A DNA stretch of 64,000 nucleotides from Arcobacteraceae bacterium (GCA_048268245.1 JBLWVX010000005.1:10186-74185), one strand, 5' to 3'; counted from the stretch's first letter, positions 21,053 to 30,343 are shown. The notes: generated by a model from the letters alone, not told the origin. Program-made: numbers and translations.

Positions 21053-22144
21053 TTGCAAAATCAAATTGAACAGCGAATCTCAAAGGTTAAATCCTCTCTT
21101 ATAATAGAACAACCATATTTTGGCTCAATAGCTTCAAGTCAAAAGGCTGTTTTAAATGAGGATTTAAAAACATATCTTTCAACTAGTAGAAACTTTGAAT
21201 ATAATGATGATTATATAAACTCTTTGAGTGATGAAGAGTTAGGTTTTGTACTCACAAACTCAGCAATGCATCAAGCTTTTTTGCATGATAAAAGAGTTGA
21301 TTCAAGAATGCAATGGCTTTGGGTTTTAGCAACTGATTATGCAATAAATTGTTTATTAGTAAACAATGGCTTAGAACTTCCAGATGGTGTAAACTATGAT
21401 GAAAGATTTGATGATATGAGTGCAGAGGCTATTTATGCTGCACTTGAAAATGAAATAGATGATGATAAACATACTCCTGAACAAGTTTCACAAATAAAGT
21501 TTGAAAAACATCAAGAACAAGAAATAGATGATAATCAAGAAATACAAGATATGCACGAACAGCTTTTAAATAAAGCAAAACTTCAAGGTGATTTACCTCT
21601 AGGAATAGAAATACTTGTACCAAATCTATATGAAGGTAAAATCTCTTGGGAAGATGAACTTTATAACATAATAGAGCAATCAGTAAGGTTTGATTATAAA
21701 TTAATACCTCCAAATAAAAGATATATATCTCAAGGTTTCGCCTTACCTTCACTTCAAGGTACTAAAGCTAAGCTTGTAGTTTGTATAGATAGCTCAGGTT
21801 CTATTGATGGTAAACTTTTATCAAAGTTTTTAGCAGAAGTTGAATCTATAATGAATAGTTTTGAGAACTTTGAGATTGATTTACTTGTAGCTGATGCTAA
21901 GGTACATGAACATCATATTCTATATGCAGGAGATGAATTGTCATATACTTTAAAAGGTGGTGGCGGTACTAACTTTGAAAATACCTTTAAGTATGTTGAT
22001 GAAAATATTGATGAGGTAAATTTACTTTTATATTTTACAGATGGTTTTGGAAAGTTTCCCCAAGAAGAACCCACATATGAGAGTGTTTGGGTTTTAAGTG
22101 AAGACATAGAAGTTCCTTTTGGAAGAAAGCTTCTATTAATCTAA
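21053..22144 (+). CDS. DUF2201-type protein: metallopeptidase-like N-terminal domain + vWA domain
   Basis: W..ATDYAIN, SAEAIY, MIDAS DSSGS, GGGGTNF, YFTDG. Confidence 0.88.
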   Translation: MQNQIEQRISKVKSSLIIEQPYFGSIASSQKAVLNEDLKTYLSTSRNFEYNDDYINSLSDEELGFVLTNSAMHQAFLHDKRVDSRMQWLWVLATDYAINCLLVNNGLELPDGVNYDERFDDMSAEAIYAALENEIDDDKHTPEQVSQIKFEKHQEQEIDDNQEIQDMHEQLLNKAKLQGDLPLGIEILVPNLYEGKISWEDELYNIIEQSVRFDYKLIPPNKRYISQGFALPSLQGTKAKLVVCIDSSGSIDGKLLSKFLAEVESIMNSFENFEIDLLVADAKVHEHHILYAGDELSYTLKGGGGTNFENTFKYVDENIDEVNLLLYFTDGFGKFPQEEPTYESVWVLSEDIEVPFGRKLLLI

Positions 22145-22165
22145 TTTTCACATTTTATTTTATTA

Positions 22166-22288
22166 TTATGTTGTAAACAAATTGAAAACAGGTATGTTTT
22201 TTTGCATATGCATAAGTAAAATAAGAGTGAATGAAAAAACAGCTAAAAAAAAGCTATTTTTCAATCCTTTTGCTATAAGTGTTCTCAT
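22166..22288 (-). CDS. 40-aa hydrophobic small protein (not in ORF track)
   Basis: AGGAGA RBS, ATG at 22288, MRTLIAKGLKNSFFLAVFSFTLILLMHMQKNIPVFNLFTT*, TAA at 22168-22166; lies downstream of the riboswitch. Confidence 0.6.
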   Translation of the reverse strand: MRTLIAKGLKNSFFLAVFSFTLILLMHMQKNIPVFNLFTT

Positions 22289-22387
22289 TTTTAATCTCCT
22301 AGAATGTTCAAAGAAGTGTAGTTCGCGTGTAACTTCTTTTCATTTTAATTCATAGATTAGATTAAAATTGCCAATTGCATTGGTTAT

Positions 22388-22466
22388 AAGCATGTGCAAT
22401 CCGGCTATCTTAAATCTAAGACCCGTGACTTTCCGTCCCTACCTCACGATAGGTTTGGCTATACTA
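22388..22466 (-). ncRNA. c-di-GMP-I (GEMM) riboswitch
   Basis: Minus strand AGTATAGCCAAACCTATCGTGAGGTAGGGACGGAAAGTCACGGGTCTTAGATTTAAGATAGCCGGATTGCACATGCT: GEMM core CAAACC..GNRA..GGGACG.AAAG, GGGTCT, AGCCGG.TTGC, closing P1 AGTAT/ATGCT. Confidence 0.9.
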
Positions 22467-22518
22467 ATTTTATGTTATTTTTTATTATAAAAAGCTTACT
22501 TGTGGGAAATATATAGTT

Positions 22519-23148
22519 TTATTTACTCATTTTCCTTATTAAATCTTTACCTTTTTGTGTTAAATTTGGATAAATCATAAACTCAAAGAATACTTCTTTT
22601 GACTCTTGAAGTGTTTCAAGACTTACATCTTCTATAGTAGAAACAAAGCTTTGCCAATATGCAGTAATAAACCAATGAAGTTTAGCTCTTTTATTTAGAG
22701 AACTTCTATTTAGTTCCTTTAGTAAACCTTCTTTTATAAGATATGTTAAAAGACCTTCTATTTGTTTTATTCTTAACTCTTGATTTTGAGTAAATACTTT
22801 CTTGAAATCTGAATCAACAGCTATTAGAATTGTTGCATCTCTTAGCAAAAATTTATATTCAAAAAACAGTTTTGCATATTGATTAAACATTTCATCCATA
22901 GCTTCAAAAAAGTTTTCATGCATTAACATCTTCTCAAAACTATTTAGTTCAACAAATTTAGAGTTTAATTCTAAATATAAATCAAGAATTATTTCCTTTT
23001 TGTTTTTATAGTGATAGTAGAGATTACCTGGTGATATACTAGCTTCTTTGGCTATGTGGTTTGTAGTAATACTCAATGAATCATTTTCATTGAAAAGTTT
23101 CATTGCACTTTGTTTTATCTTTGTTTTTGCATCTATTCTTTTTTTCAT
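22519..23148 (-). CDS. TetR/AcrR family transcriptional regulator
   Basis: ITTNHIAKEASISPGNLYYHYKNK HTH. Confidence 0.93.
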   Translation of the reverse strand: MKKRIDAKTKIKQSAMKLFNENDSLSITTNHIAKEASISPGNLYYHYKNKKEIILDLYLELNSKFVELNSFEKMLMHENFFEAMDEMFNQYAKLFFEYKFLLRDATILIAVDSDFKKVFTQNQELRIKQIEGLLTYLIKEGLLKELNRSSLNKRAKLHWFITAYWQSFVSTIEDVSLETLQESKEVFFEFMIYPNLTQKGKDLIRKMSK

Positions 23149-23185
23149 ATTTTATTATATCACTTTAGAGCTTTTACTTAATAAA

Positions 23186-23203
23186 TTAGAGTAATTACTC
23201 TAA
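23186..23203. promoter_or_regulatory. Putative TetR operator
   Basis: Perfect 18-bp palindrome TTAGAGTAATTACTCTAA between divergent tetR and dinB-like genes; degenerate copy near 23165-23181. Confidence 0.7.
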
Positions 23204-23264
23204 AATTAAGTTCTATATAAAAATAACTATATTAGAATACATTAAATAACAAGAAAGGTTACAT

Positions 23265-23834
23265 ATGGAAGCAAAAGCAGGCGAAGGACTACCTCATATA
23301 GAAAAGAGTATAATCAGGTATATTTTAATACCAATTGTAAGGTTATTGTTGAGTTGGAACTTGGCACTATTTCTTTTAAAAAGAGAAAGAAAAATCATAG
23401 ATAAGTTAACATCTTGTTTAACAAATGAGCAAAAAGAAAAACGAGTTAAAATAAATAGGACTTTTGCTATAGAAGAACATAGTTCTGATTATTCTGTAAA
23501 TATGGCTTGTGAGCATTTATATATAACTGGAAATGCAATCATGAAAGTAATTGATACTTTATCTAAGGAAAGAGAGTACAAAAAAAATATTACAATAGAA
23601 GCTGTAAAACCAACAGGTAAAGATAAAAATGCAGTTTCTAGTTTCTTGTCATTTATGAATCAATATGAAGAGTATATAAAATCTCATAAAAAAAATCAAT
23701 CAAAACAGACAAAAGCACATCCTTGGTTTATAAACTTTAATAACCATGATTGGAGTTGTTTTATGTTTATGCATACATTTATTCATAGAAGACAAATTGA
23801 AGAAATTATAAAAGTTCAAAAGGAAAGAAAATGA
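23265..23834 (+). CDS. DinB-family four-helix protein
   Basis: YSVNMACEHL, HPWF, W..F...HTFIHRRQI (three metal His). Confidence 0.75.
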   Translation: MEAKAGEGLPHIEKSIIRYILIPIVRLLLSWNLALFLLKRERKIIDKLTSCLTNEQKEKRVKINRTFAIEEHSSDYSVNMACEHLYITGNAIMKVIDTLSKEREYKKNITIEAVKPTGKDKNAVSSFLSFMNQYEEYIKSHKKNQSKQTKAHPWFINFNNHDWSCFMFMHTFIHRRQIEEIIKVQKERK

Positions 23835-24034
23835 GTAATTATACTGGAACACTAATCAGAGTTGGCATGATATTTATATTTTTGATGCTAGTATGGAGTT
23901 TTTTAGCTTTTAGTATATCTTTTTTGATTGCTTTTTTATTTAGTATAAATTATAGTTTATCTATACTTCTTTATAGTTTTGTTGCTATTTTAGTAATAAG
24001 AACTTTTTACCCAAAGTTTATTTTTAAAAATTAA
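23831..24034 (+). CDS. Small two-TM membrane protein
   Basis: 67 aa hydrophobic ORF, ATGA overlap with the upstream gene. Confidence 0.7.
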   Translation: MSNYTGTLIRVGMIFIFLMLVWSFLAFSISFLIAFLFSINYSLSILLYSFVAILVIRTFYPKFIFKN

Positions 24035-24042
24035 AGGAAAAT

Positions 24043-25233
24043 ATGATGAAAGAGAGTTTCAAAAACTTTTATAAAAACAATTTTGTATTTAAAGGAAAAG
24101 AGAAACTCTCTAAACTTGCTATAGTTTTTATTGTACTGTTAGATTTATTTGTTTTTTCTATTTTACAAATGGGAGTTGACTTTCAAGTAAAGATACTAAA
24201 TAACCCTTATAACTCATACTCTAGTACTTGTAAAAATATAGTAACATCAAGTAAAATTGATAGCTTAAATAGCTACTATTATACAAATGAAAATAGATAT
24301 AAATATAATAGTATTCAAAAGCAAGATATATCAAATAACTGTAAAGAACTAATATCTTTAATAGATAATATAAAAAAGCAACACAACATAAAAGAGCTTC
24401 GTAAAACTAAAAGATTACTAAACAAAGAGTTATCATCAGTAAATACACAAATAAACTTCTATAGAGAAAACTATAACACTTCACTTTTTGAAAATATACA
24501 AACACAAAATAAAGAAGAATTAAATAGTGAAGTAAAAAACAAATACAACAGTTATCTTACAAAAAGAAAAGAGTTGACTGATAAAATAAATCAAATAGAT
24601 AAAAACTTTGCTTCTTCAAAAACTGTGAAAGAACTAAGCTCTTATATCAATGAAAATAAAGAGTTGATAAAAGAAGACTATAAAGCAAAAGTAAAAGCAT
24701 ATGAAGTAAAAAAAGATTTAATTACACTTGCATTTTTATTACCTCTTTTATTAGTAGCCTTCTTTGCAATGAAAAAATATATGTTAAAAGAGAACTATAT
24801 TTTATATATAATTGCAAAAAATGTTTTAGTAATAGTATCCATTCCTACACTTATATCTTTTATTTCTTTAGTGTATACACTTTTACCAAAAGTGTTTTTT
24901 GAAAAGTTGATGAGATTTTTTGCTAACTTAGAGATTCCCTTTGTAGTTTACTATTTTGCTTTGGCTGTATTAGTTGTAGTATTTACTTTTATCATAATAA
25001 GAGTGCAAAAGAAATACAAAGAAAGTAATAGCCAGTTTCAAAACACAACTATTTCAAAAATTGAGTCATATAATAAAAATATATGTAATAACTGTAACAA
25101 TAAAGTAAACTACGAAACAATGAACTTTTGCCCTAACTGTCAAAATAAAATAAGAGTAAAATGCAAAGCTTGTGGAAATATGACAGTTGATTCTTTAAAG
25201 TATTGTAGTTCTTGTGGAGAGGAACATAACTAG
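24043..25233 (+). CDS. Membrane protein with extracytoplasmic coiled coil and C-terminal double zinc ribbon
   Basis: 1 + 3 TM segments; CNNC, CPNC, CKAC, CSSC at the C-terminus. Confidence 0.8.
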   Translation: MMKESFKNFYKNNFVFKGKEKLSKLAIVFIVLLDLFVFSILQMGVDFQVKILNNPYNSYSSTCKNIVTSSKIDSLNSYYYTNENRYKYNSIQKQDISNNCKELISLIDNIKKQHNIKELRKTKRLLNKELSSVNTQINFYRENYNTSLFENIQTQNKEELNSEVKNKYNSYLTKRKELTDKINQIDKNFASSKTVKELSSYINENKELIKEDYKAKVKAYEVKKDLITLAFLLPLLLVAFFAMKKYMLKENYILYIIAKNVLVIVSIPTLISFISLVYTLLPKVFFEKLMRFFANLEIPFVVYYFALAVLVVVFTFIIIRVQKKYKESNSQFQNTTISKIESYNKNICNNCNNKVNYETMNFCPNCQNKIRVKCKACGNMTVDSLKYCSSCGEEHN

Positions 25234-25332
25234 TATTTTATTTAAAAAACATGAGATATAGTATTTTAAAAAATGATACTATTGTGATACCTTTTGTAAA
25301 TATAATGAATATTATAAAAAAAGGAGTCTGGT

Positions 25333-25509
25333 ATGAAGAGTATAAATATTTTGATTTTAACAATTTTTACATTGGTAGTAGCAGGCTGTAATAGTCAAAA
25401 CAATAAGATTACAAAACAAGATTGTATTGATGAAAATAAAAAATACAAAATAGAAAAACAACTCAACTACAGAACTGGGAAATATGAAGATAGGGTGATT
25501 TGTATTTGA
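25333..25509 (+). CDS. 58-aa lipoprotein (not in ORF track)
   Basis: AAGGAG RBS; MKSINILILTIFTLVVAGC lipobox; two further Cys; TGA at 25507-25509. Confidence 0.7.
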   Translation: MKSINILILTIFTLVVAGCNSQNNKITKQDCIDENKKYKIEKQLNYRTGKYEDRVICI

Positions 25510-25592
25510 TTAGCTAGATTTATAATCTTAAAAAATTATTCCACTTTTATTATAAAATTATATAATAACTCTAAAATTATTTTGGAGTTGTT

Positions 25593-26435
25593 ATGAAAGA
25601 ATCAAAAGAAATAAATATTTGGTGGGAAGGACCATTATCAATTAATGATGTAATTGAAAATAATATTGATGAAAAAAAATATAAAGTAAATGGTAATAGT
25701 ATAGGCTTATATCAGATTTACGGTTCACATCCTTTGTATGGAGAGGGAGTACTTGTTTATATCGGCAGAACAAAAAATAAAAAAGGTTTTAAATCAAGGT
25801 TAAAAAATAGATGGGAAACTGAATTTGGGAATGATACTGAAAATGTTCAGATTTACTTAGGAACAATATTTAGTGATGAAATAGAATTAAAAATTGATGA
25901 AGAAGAAGAGATGATAGATAAGGCAGAGGTGTTATTGATAAATTCTTTAAAACCTGCATTTAATTCTTCTAATATAAAAAGTGTAAAAAATGAATTAGCT
26001 GAAGAAAATTATATTGTATATAATCATGAGAACTATAGAAACTTATATCCTATAGTTGATAGTAAGTATTTTTGGAGAGAGTTTAAAAATTATATTGTAG
26101 TAGATAAATTATATGAGGAATTGAAATCAAATGTAACCTTTCAAACAGAAGATTCATATGGAATAGATATTAAAGTTAATGAAAAATATAATATTTGGTT
26201 TGGAGTAGATTACGAGTTATGGGATATTAAAAATATACCATTATGTTTACAGGTGTATTCAATAGATGATAAAAAAGTGAATAATCTAAAAGGTATTAAA
26301 GGGTTTAAGCATTATAAATATTTAGATGAAGAGTACGGAACAACAAATTATAAATGTATTTCAACACAAGAAGAAATATCATATATAAAAAATGAAATAG
26401 AGTCATTGAAAAAACAAATTGAAATTTCTAAATAG
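25593..26435 (+). CDS. GIY-YIG-like nuclease with uncharacterised C-terminal domain
   Basis: GLYQIY...VYIGRT, SRL, AEVLLI, KPAFN: the Tyr/Tyr/Arg/Glu/Asn set of the GIY-YIG fold. Confidence 0.7.
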   Translation: MKESKEINIWWEGPLSINDVIENNIDEKKYKVNGNSIGLYQIYGSHPLYGEGVLVYIGRTKNKKGFKSRLKNRWETEFGNDTENVQIYLGTIFSDEIELKIDEEEEMIDKAEVLLINSLKPAFNSSNIKSVKNELAEENYIVYNHENYRNLYPIVDSKYFWREFKNYIVVDKLYEELKSNVTFQTEDSYGIDIKVNEKYNIWFGVDYELWDIKNIPLCLQVYSIDDKKVNNLKGIKGFKHYKYLDEEYGTTNYKCISTQEEISYIKNEIESLKKQIEISK

Positions 26436-26440
26436 TATTT

Positions 26441-27082
26441 ATGAATAATTATAATGAAATATTAGAAAGAATAAAAGACATCCTATCTCAAGAGCTAGGT
26501 GATAAAAAACTATTTAATAAAGATATTGCAAATGCTCTTGGGATAAATTATGATAACTTCAGAAAACAAAAGGCAAGAGGAACAATACCTTATGCAGAGA
26601 TACTGAGCTTCTTAGCTCAAAGAAATATATCTATTAATTGGTTCTTCTTTAATCAACTGCCAGAGTCACTTATAGAACCAACATCAAACTTTATATTAGT
26701 TAACTATCAAAAGAACATTCATGCATCATCAGGAGCTGGTGCAATAAACTATCATTTGGATACAACCTCATTAGTTATTGATAAAGAATTATTAGATCAC
26801 ATAGATACAAACTATAACTATACAGAAGTAATAAAAAACATAGGCGATAGTAATGAGCCAGATATTCCAGACAATAGTTTACTCTTTATAGATAAAAGTG
26901 ATACATATATAAATAGTAAGAGTATATATCTTATTAATACGAATGATGGCTTATATATAAAAAGAATACATATTAAAGAAAATAAACATTATATGAGAAG
27001 TATTAACAACATATATAAAGATATACAGTTAGAAGAATATGAAGTAATAGGAAGAGTAAAAGGAGTACTTTTAAAACTTTAG
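26441..27082 (+). CDS. Phage CI/LexA-like repressor (HTH + S24 peptidase)
   Basis: KDIANALGINYDNFRKQKARGTIPY HTH; ASSGAG; GDSNEP (Ser); YIKR (Lys); VIGRV. Confidence 0.85.
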   Translation: MNNYNEILERIKDILSQELGDKKLFNKDIANALGINYDNFRKQKARGTIPYAEILSFLAQRNISINWFFFNQLPESLIEPTSNFILVNYQKNIHASSGAGAINYHLDTTSLVIDKELLDHIDTNYNYTEVIKNIGDSNEPDIPDNSLLFIDKSDTYINSKSIYLINTNDGLYIKRIHIKENKHYMRSINNIYKDIQLEEYEVIGRVKGVLLKL

Positions 27083-27323
27083 ATTTGTAAATGAAATGTG
27101 AGTAATATAACCTTAGATAGTCTATTTCTATGCATACACACATTTCATAAGCAAATAATTAACATTTCAAAAGCGGTTTTACAACAATTGTTTCCATTTT
27201 GTAATAGTCCCAAATTTTAAGCTTTATACTTAGTTTATACTTAAAATGATATCAAATATATACTATCTTTCCTTTTTAAAAGGAAATAAAATATGCTTTT
27301 TTTCTATGTAACCCCCATAATAC

Positions 27324-27352
27324 TTGACATTTAATCCCTTTTAAGTTATAAT
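27324..27352 (+). promoter_or_regulatory. Sigma70 promoter of the S10 operon
   Basis: TTGACA-17nt-TATAAT followed by GC-rich CCGCG discriminator. Confidence 0.8.
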
Positions 27353-27418
27353 CCGCGTCCACTAAATGTGGTTAGAGTGCTTTTTCGGTACGTCTAACGA
27401 GTTCTTTAAAGGAAAAAA

Positions 27419-27733
27419 ATGGAAAAAATCAGATTAAAGCTTAAAGCTTACGATCATAGAGTTTTAGACAGAAGTGTTGCTTCAATTGTTGAAGCTGTTA
27501 AAAGAACTGGTGCTGAGTTAAGAGGTCCAATTCCTCTTCCAACTAAAATCAGAAGATATACAGTTCTTAAAGGTCCTCACGTAAACAAGGATTCAAGAGA
27601 GCAATTCGAAATCAGAGTTCATTCAAGAATGATTGATATCATTGCAGCGACTCCTGATACAGTAGATTCATTAATGAAACTTGACTTAGCTCCTGAAGTT
27701 GATGTTGAAGTTAGATCTATGGGTCAAGAATAA
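27419..27733 (+). CDS. rpsJ: 30S ribosomal protein S10
   Basis: [26 protein letters not shown]. Confidence 0.98.
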   Translation: MEKIRLKLKAYDHRVLDRSVASIVEAVKRTGAELRGPIPLPTKIRRYTVLKGPHVNKDSREQFEIRVHSRMIDIIAATPDTVDSLMKLDLAPEVDVEVRSMGQE

Positions 27734-27749
27734 GAAGAAAGGGTAATAA

Positions 27750-28325
27750 ATGGAATTTATCGTAGAAAAAATTGGTATGAGTAGAACTGTTTCAGTTCCT
27801 GCTGTTCCTGTTACACTTTTAAAAGTTCTAGATACTAAGGTATGTGAAGTGACTGACGGTGTAGCAATTGTTTCTTACGCATCTGGTAAGAAGATGAATA
27901 AAACAATTGAAGGTCAACAAAAAAAATATAATCTATCTAAAGAGTTTAACAGATTTGCAACAGTTACTGTAGCAAACGCTGAAGCTGGTGATTTAGATGT
28001 TGCTCCTTTATCTGAAGCGAAAGTTTTAAAAACAACTTTCAAAACTAAAGGTAGAGGTTTCCAAGGTGGAGTTAAAAGATGGAACTTCGCAGGTGGTAGA
28101 GCATCTCACGGTCACAGAATGGGTAGAAGAGTTGGTTCAATCGGTAATGCTGAATGGCCAGGTAGAGTTCAACCAGGTAAAAAAATGCCAGGACAATACG
28201 GAAATACGAATGTAAGTGTTAAAAATGATGTAGTTTCATTTGACGCTGAAACTGGAATCTTAGTTGTTAAAGGTTCAGTATCAGGACCAAATGGTGCATT
28301 AGGAAAAGTAAAGGTTGCTAAATGA
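27750..28325 (+). CDS. rplC: 50S ribosomal protein L3
   Basis: [23 protein letters not shown]. Confidence 0.98.
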   Translation: MEFIVEKIGMSRTVSVPAVPVTLLKVLDTKVCEVTDGVAIVSYASGKKMNKTIEGQQKKYNLSKEFNRFATVTVANAEAGDLDVAPLSEAKVLKTTFKTKGRGFQGGVKRWNFAGGRASHGHRMGRRVGSIGNAEWPGRVQPGKKMPGQYGNTNVSVKNDVVSFDAETGILVVKGSVSGPNGALGKVKVAK

Positions 28326-28933
28326 GTAATGCAGTAGTATTAAACGAAAAATTTGAAAACAATGGTGAGTTAGCATTACCAGCAAGTTATGAAGAGATTA
28401 ACTCTCACAACTTATACTTATATGCTAAATCTTACTTATCTTCATTAAGAGCAAATACAGCTAGAGTTAAAAACAGATCTGAAGTAAGCGGTGGTGGTAA
28501 AAAACCTAAAGCTCAAAAAGGTTCTGGTGGTGCTAGATGGGGTTCTAAAAGATCTCCTTTATTCGTAGGTGGGGGTCAAGTATTTGGACCATCAGCTAGA
28601 AACTATAATCAAAAAATTAACAAAAAACAAAAAGCTTTAGCATTAAAATTCGCTTTAAATGCACAAGCTAACAATGGTTCATTATTTGTAGCAGATTCTG
28701 TTAAAGTTGAATCAGGAAAGACTAAAGACGCAGTTGCAGTTTTAAATAAACTAGACAAAAGAGATACTCTTGTTGTAGTTGATACAATTGATGAGAAAAC
28801 ATACTTAGCGTTTAGAAATGTTAAAAACTGTTATATGGTTGAAAAGCAAGAAGTTAACGCTTACATAATTGCTGCATACCACTCAGTACTAATTGAAAAA
28901 TCAGTATTTGATGCATTAACAAAAGAGGCTTAA
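28322..28933 (+). CDS. rplD: 50S ribosomal protein L4
   Basis: [21 protein letters not shown]. Confidence 0.98.
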   Translation: MSNAVVLNEKFENNGELALPASYEEINSHNLYLYAKSYLSSLRANTARVKNRSEVSGGGKKPKAQKGSGGARWGSKRSPLFVGGGQVFGPSARNYNQKINKKQKALALKFALNAQANNGSLFVADSVKVESGKTKDAVAVLNKLDKRDTLVVVDTIDEKTYLAFRNVKNCYMVEKQEVNAYIIAAYHSVLIEKSVFDALTKEA

Positions 28934-28934
28934 G

Positions 28935-29216
28935 ATGGCAGATATTACAGATATTAAAGCGATATTATATACAGAAAAAACAATCGAGCTTCAAGAGAAT
29001 GGTGTAATCGTTGTTCAAACTAGTCCAAGAATGACTAAAAACGGTTTAAAAGAAGTATTTAAAGAGTATTTTGGTGTTACTCCATCAAAAGTTAATTCTT
29101 TAAGACAAAACGGTAAAGTTAAAAGATTTAGAGGAAAGCCTGGTAAAAGACCAGATTTCAAAAAATTCTACGTTACATTACCAGAGGGCGCTGAAATAGC
29201 GAACCTATCAGCTTAA
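28935..29216 (+). CDS. rplW: 50S ribosomal protein L23
   Basis: YTEKT, KVNS, KKFYVTL; operon position. Confidence 0.97.
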   Translation: MADITDIKAILYTEKTIELQENGVIVVQTSPRMTKNGLKEVFKEYFGVTPSKVNSLRQNGKVKRFRGKPGKRPDFKKFYVTLPEGAEIANLSA

Positions 29217-29227
29217 GGAGATTATAG

Positions 29228-30055
29228 ATGGCAATTAAAAAATTTAGACCAATAACTCCTGCAAGAAGATTCATGTCTGTTATGGATACTTCTGATATTA
29301 CTTCTAAACCAACAGTTAGATCTTTACTTGTAAGAGTTAAAGCTTCAGCTGGTAGAAATAATAACGGTAGAATCACTTCTAGACATAAAGAAGCAGGTGC
29401 TAAAAAATTATATAGAATTATCGATTTCAAAAGAGATAAATTTGGTGTTCAGGGTACAGTATCAACTATTGAGTACGACCCATACAGAAACTGTAGAATT
29501 TGTTTAGTTACTTACGCTGATGGTGATAAGAGATATATCTTACAACCTTCTGGATTAAAAGTTGGTGATAAAGTTCAAGCTGCTGAGTCTGGTTTAGATA
29601 TTATCCCAGGTAACGCTATGAGATTAAAATCTATCCCTGTTGGTACTATGGTTCATAACATTGAAATGAAACCAGGTAAAGGTGGACAAATTGCAAGATC
29701 TGCTGGTGGATATGCTCAAATTATGGGTAGAGAAGACAAGTATGTTATCTTAAGATTACCATCTGGTGAAATGAGAAAGATTCTTGGTGTATGTATCGCA
29801 ACAATTGGTATTGTTGGTAACGAAGACTACATTAATATGGTTGTTGGTAAAGCTGGTAGAACTAGACACATGGGTATTAGACCTCAAACTAGAGGTTCTG
29901 CAATGAACCCAATTGATCACCCACACGGTGGTGGTGAAGGTAAGACTAACTCTGGTAGACATCCTGTTACTCCATGGGGTATGCCAACTAAAGGTTACAA
30001 AACTAGAAAGAAAAAAGCTAGTGATAAGCTAATCATTTCAAGAAGAAAGAAGTAA
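29228..30055 (+). CDS. rplB: 50S ribosomal protein L2
   Basis: [28 protein letters not shown]. Confidence 0.98.
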   Translation: MAIKKFRPITPARRFMSVMDTSDITSKPTVRSLLVRVKASAGRNNNGRITSRHKEAGAKKLYRIIDFKRDKFGVQGTVSTIEYDPYRNCRICLVTYADGDKRYILQPSGLKVGDKVQAAESGLDIIPGNAMRLKSIPVGTMVHNIEMKPGKGGQIARSAGGYAQIMGREDKYVILRLPSGEMRKILGVCIATIGIVGNEDYINMVVGKAGRTRHMGIRPQTRGSAMNPIDHPHGGGEGKTNSGRHPVTPWGMPTKGYKTRKKKASDKLIISRRKK

Positions 30056-30064
30056 GGGTTTAAG

Positions 30065-30340
30065 ATGGCAAGATCAATTAAAAAAGGTCCATTTGTAGAT
30101 GCACACCTAATGAAAAAAGTTATCAAAGCTGTTGAAGCTAACGATAAAAAACCAATTAAAACTTGGTCAAGAAGATCAATGGTATTACCTGATATGATTG
30201 GTTTAACTTTTAATGTGCACAATGGTAGAAACTTTGTTCCTGTAAATATTACAGAGAACCACGTTGGATATAAATTAGGTGAATTTGCACCAACTAGAAC
30301 ATTTAAGGGTCATAAAGGCTCTGTACAGAAGAAGGCGTAA
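30065..30340 (+). CDS. rpsS: 30S ribosomal protein S19
   Basis: [24 protein letters not shown]. Confidence 0.98.
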   Translation: MARSIKKGPFVDAHLMKKVIKAVEANDKKPIKTWSRRSMVLPDMIGLTFNVHNGRNFVPVNITENHVGYKLGEFAPTRTFKGHKGSVQKKA

Positions 30341-30343
30341 TCA

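Noticed and set aside
25593..27156. Prophage suggested by the CI-like repressor
   Set aside because: No integrase, Cro, replication or structural genes and no att repeats seen
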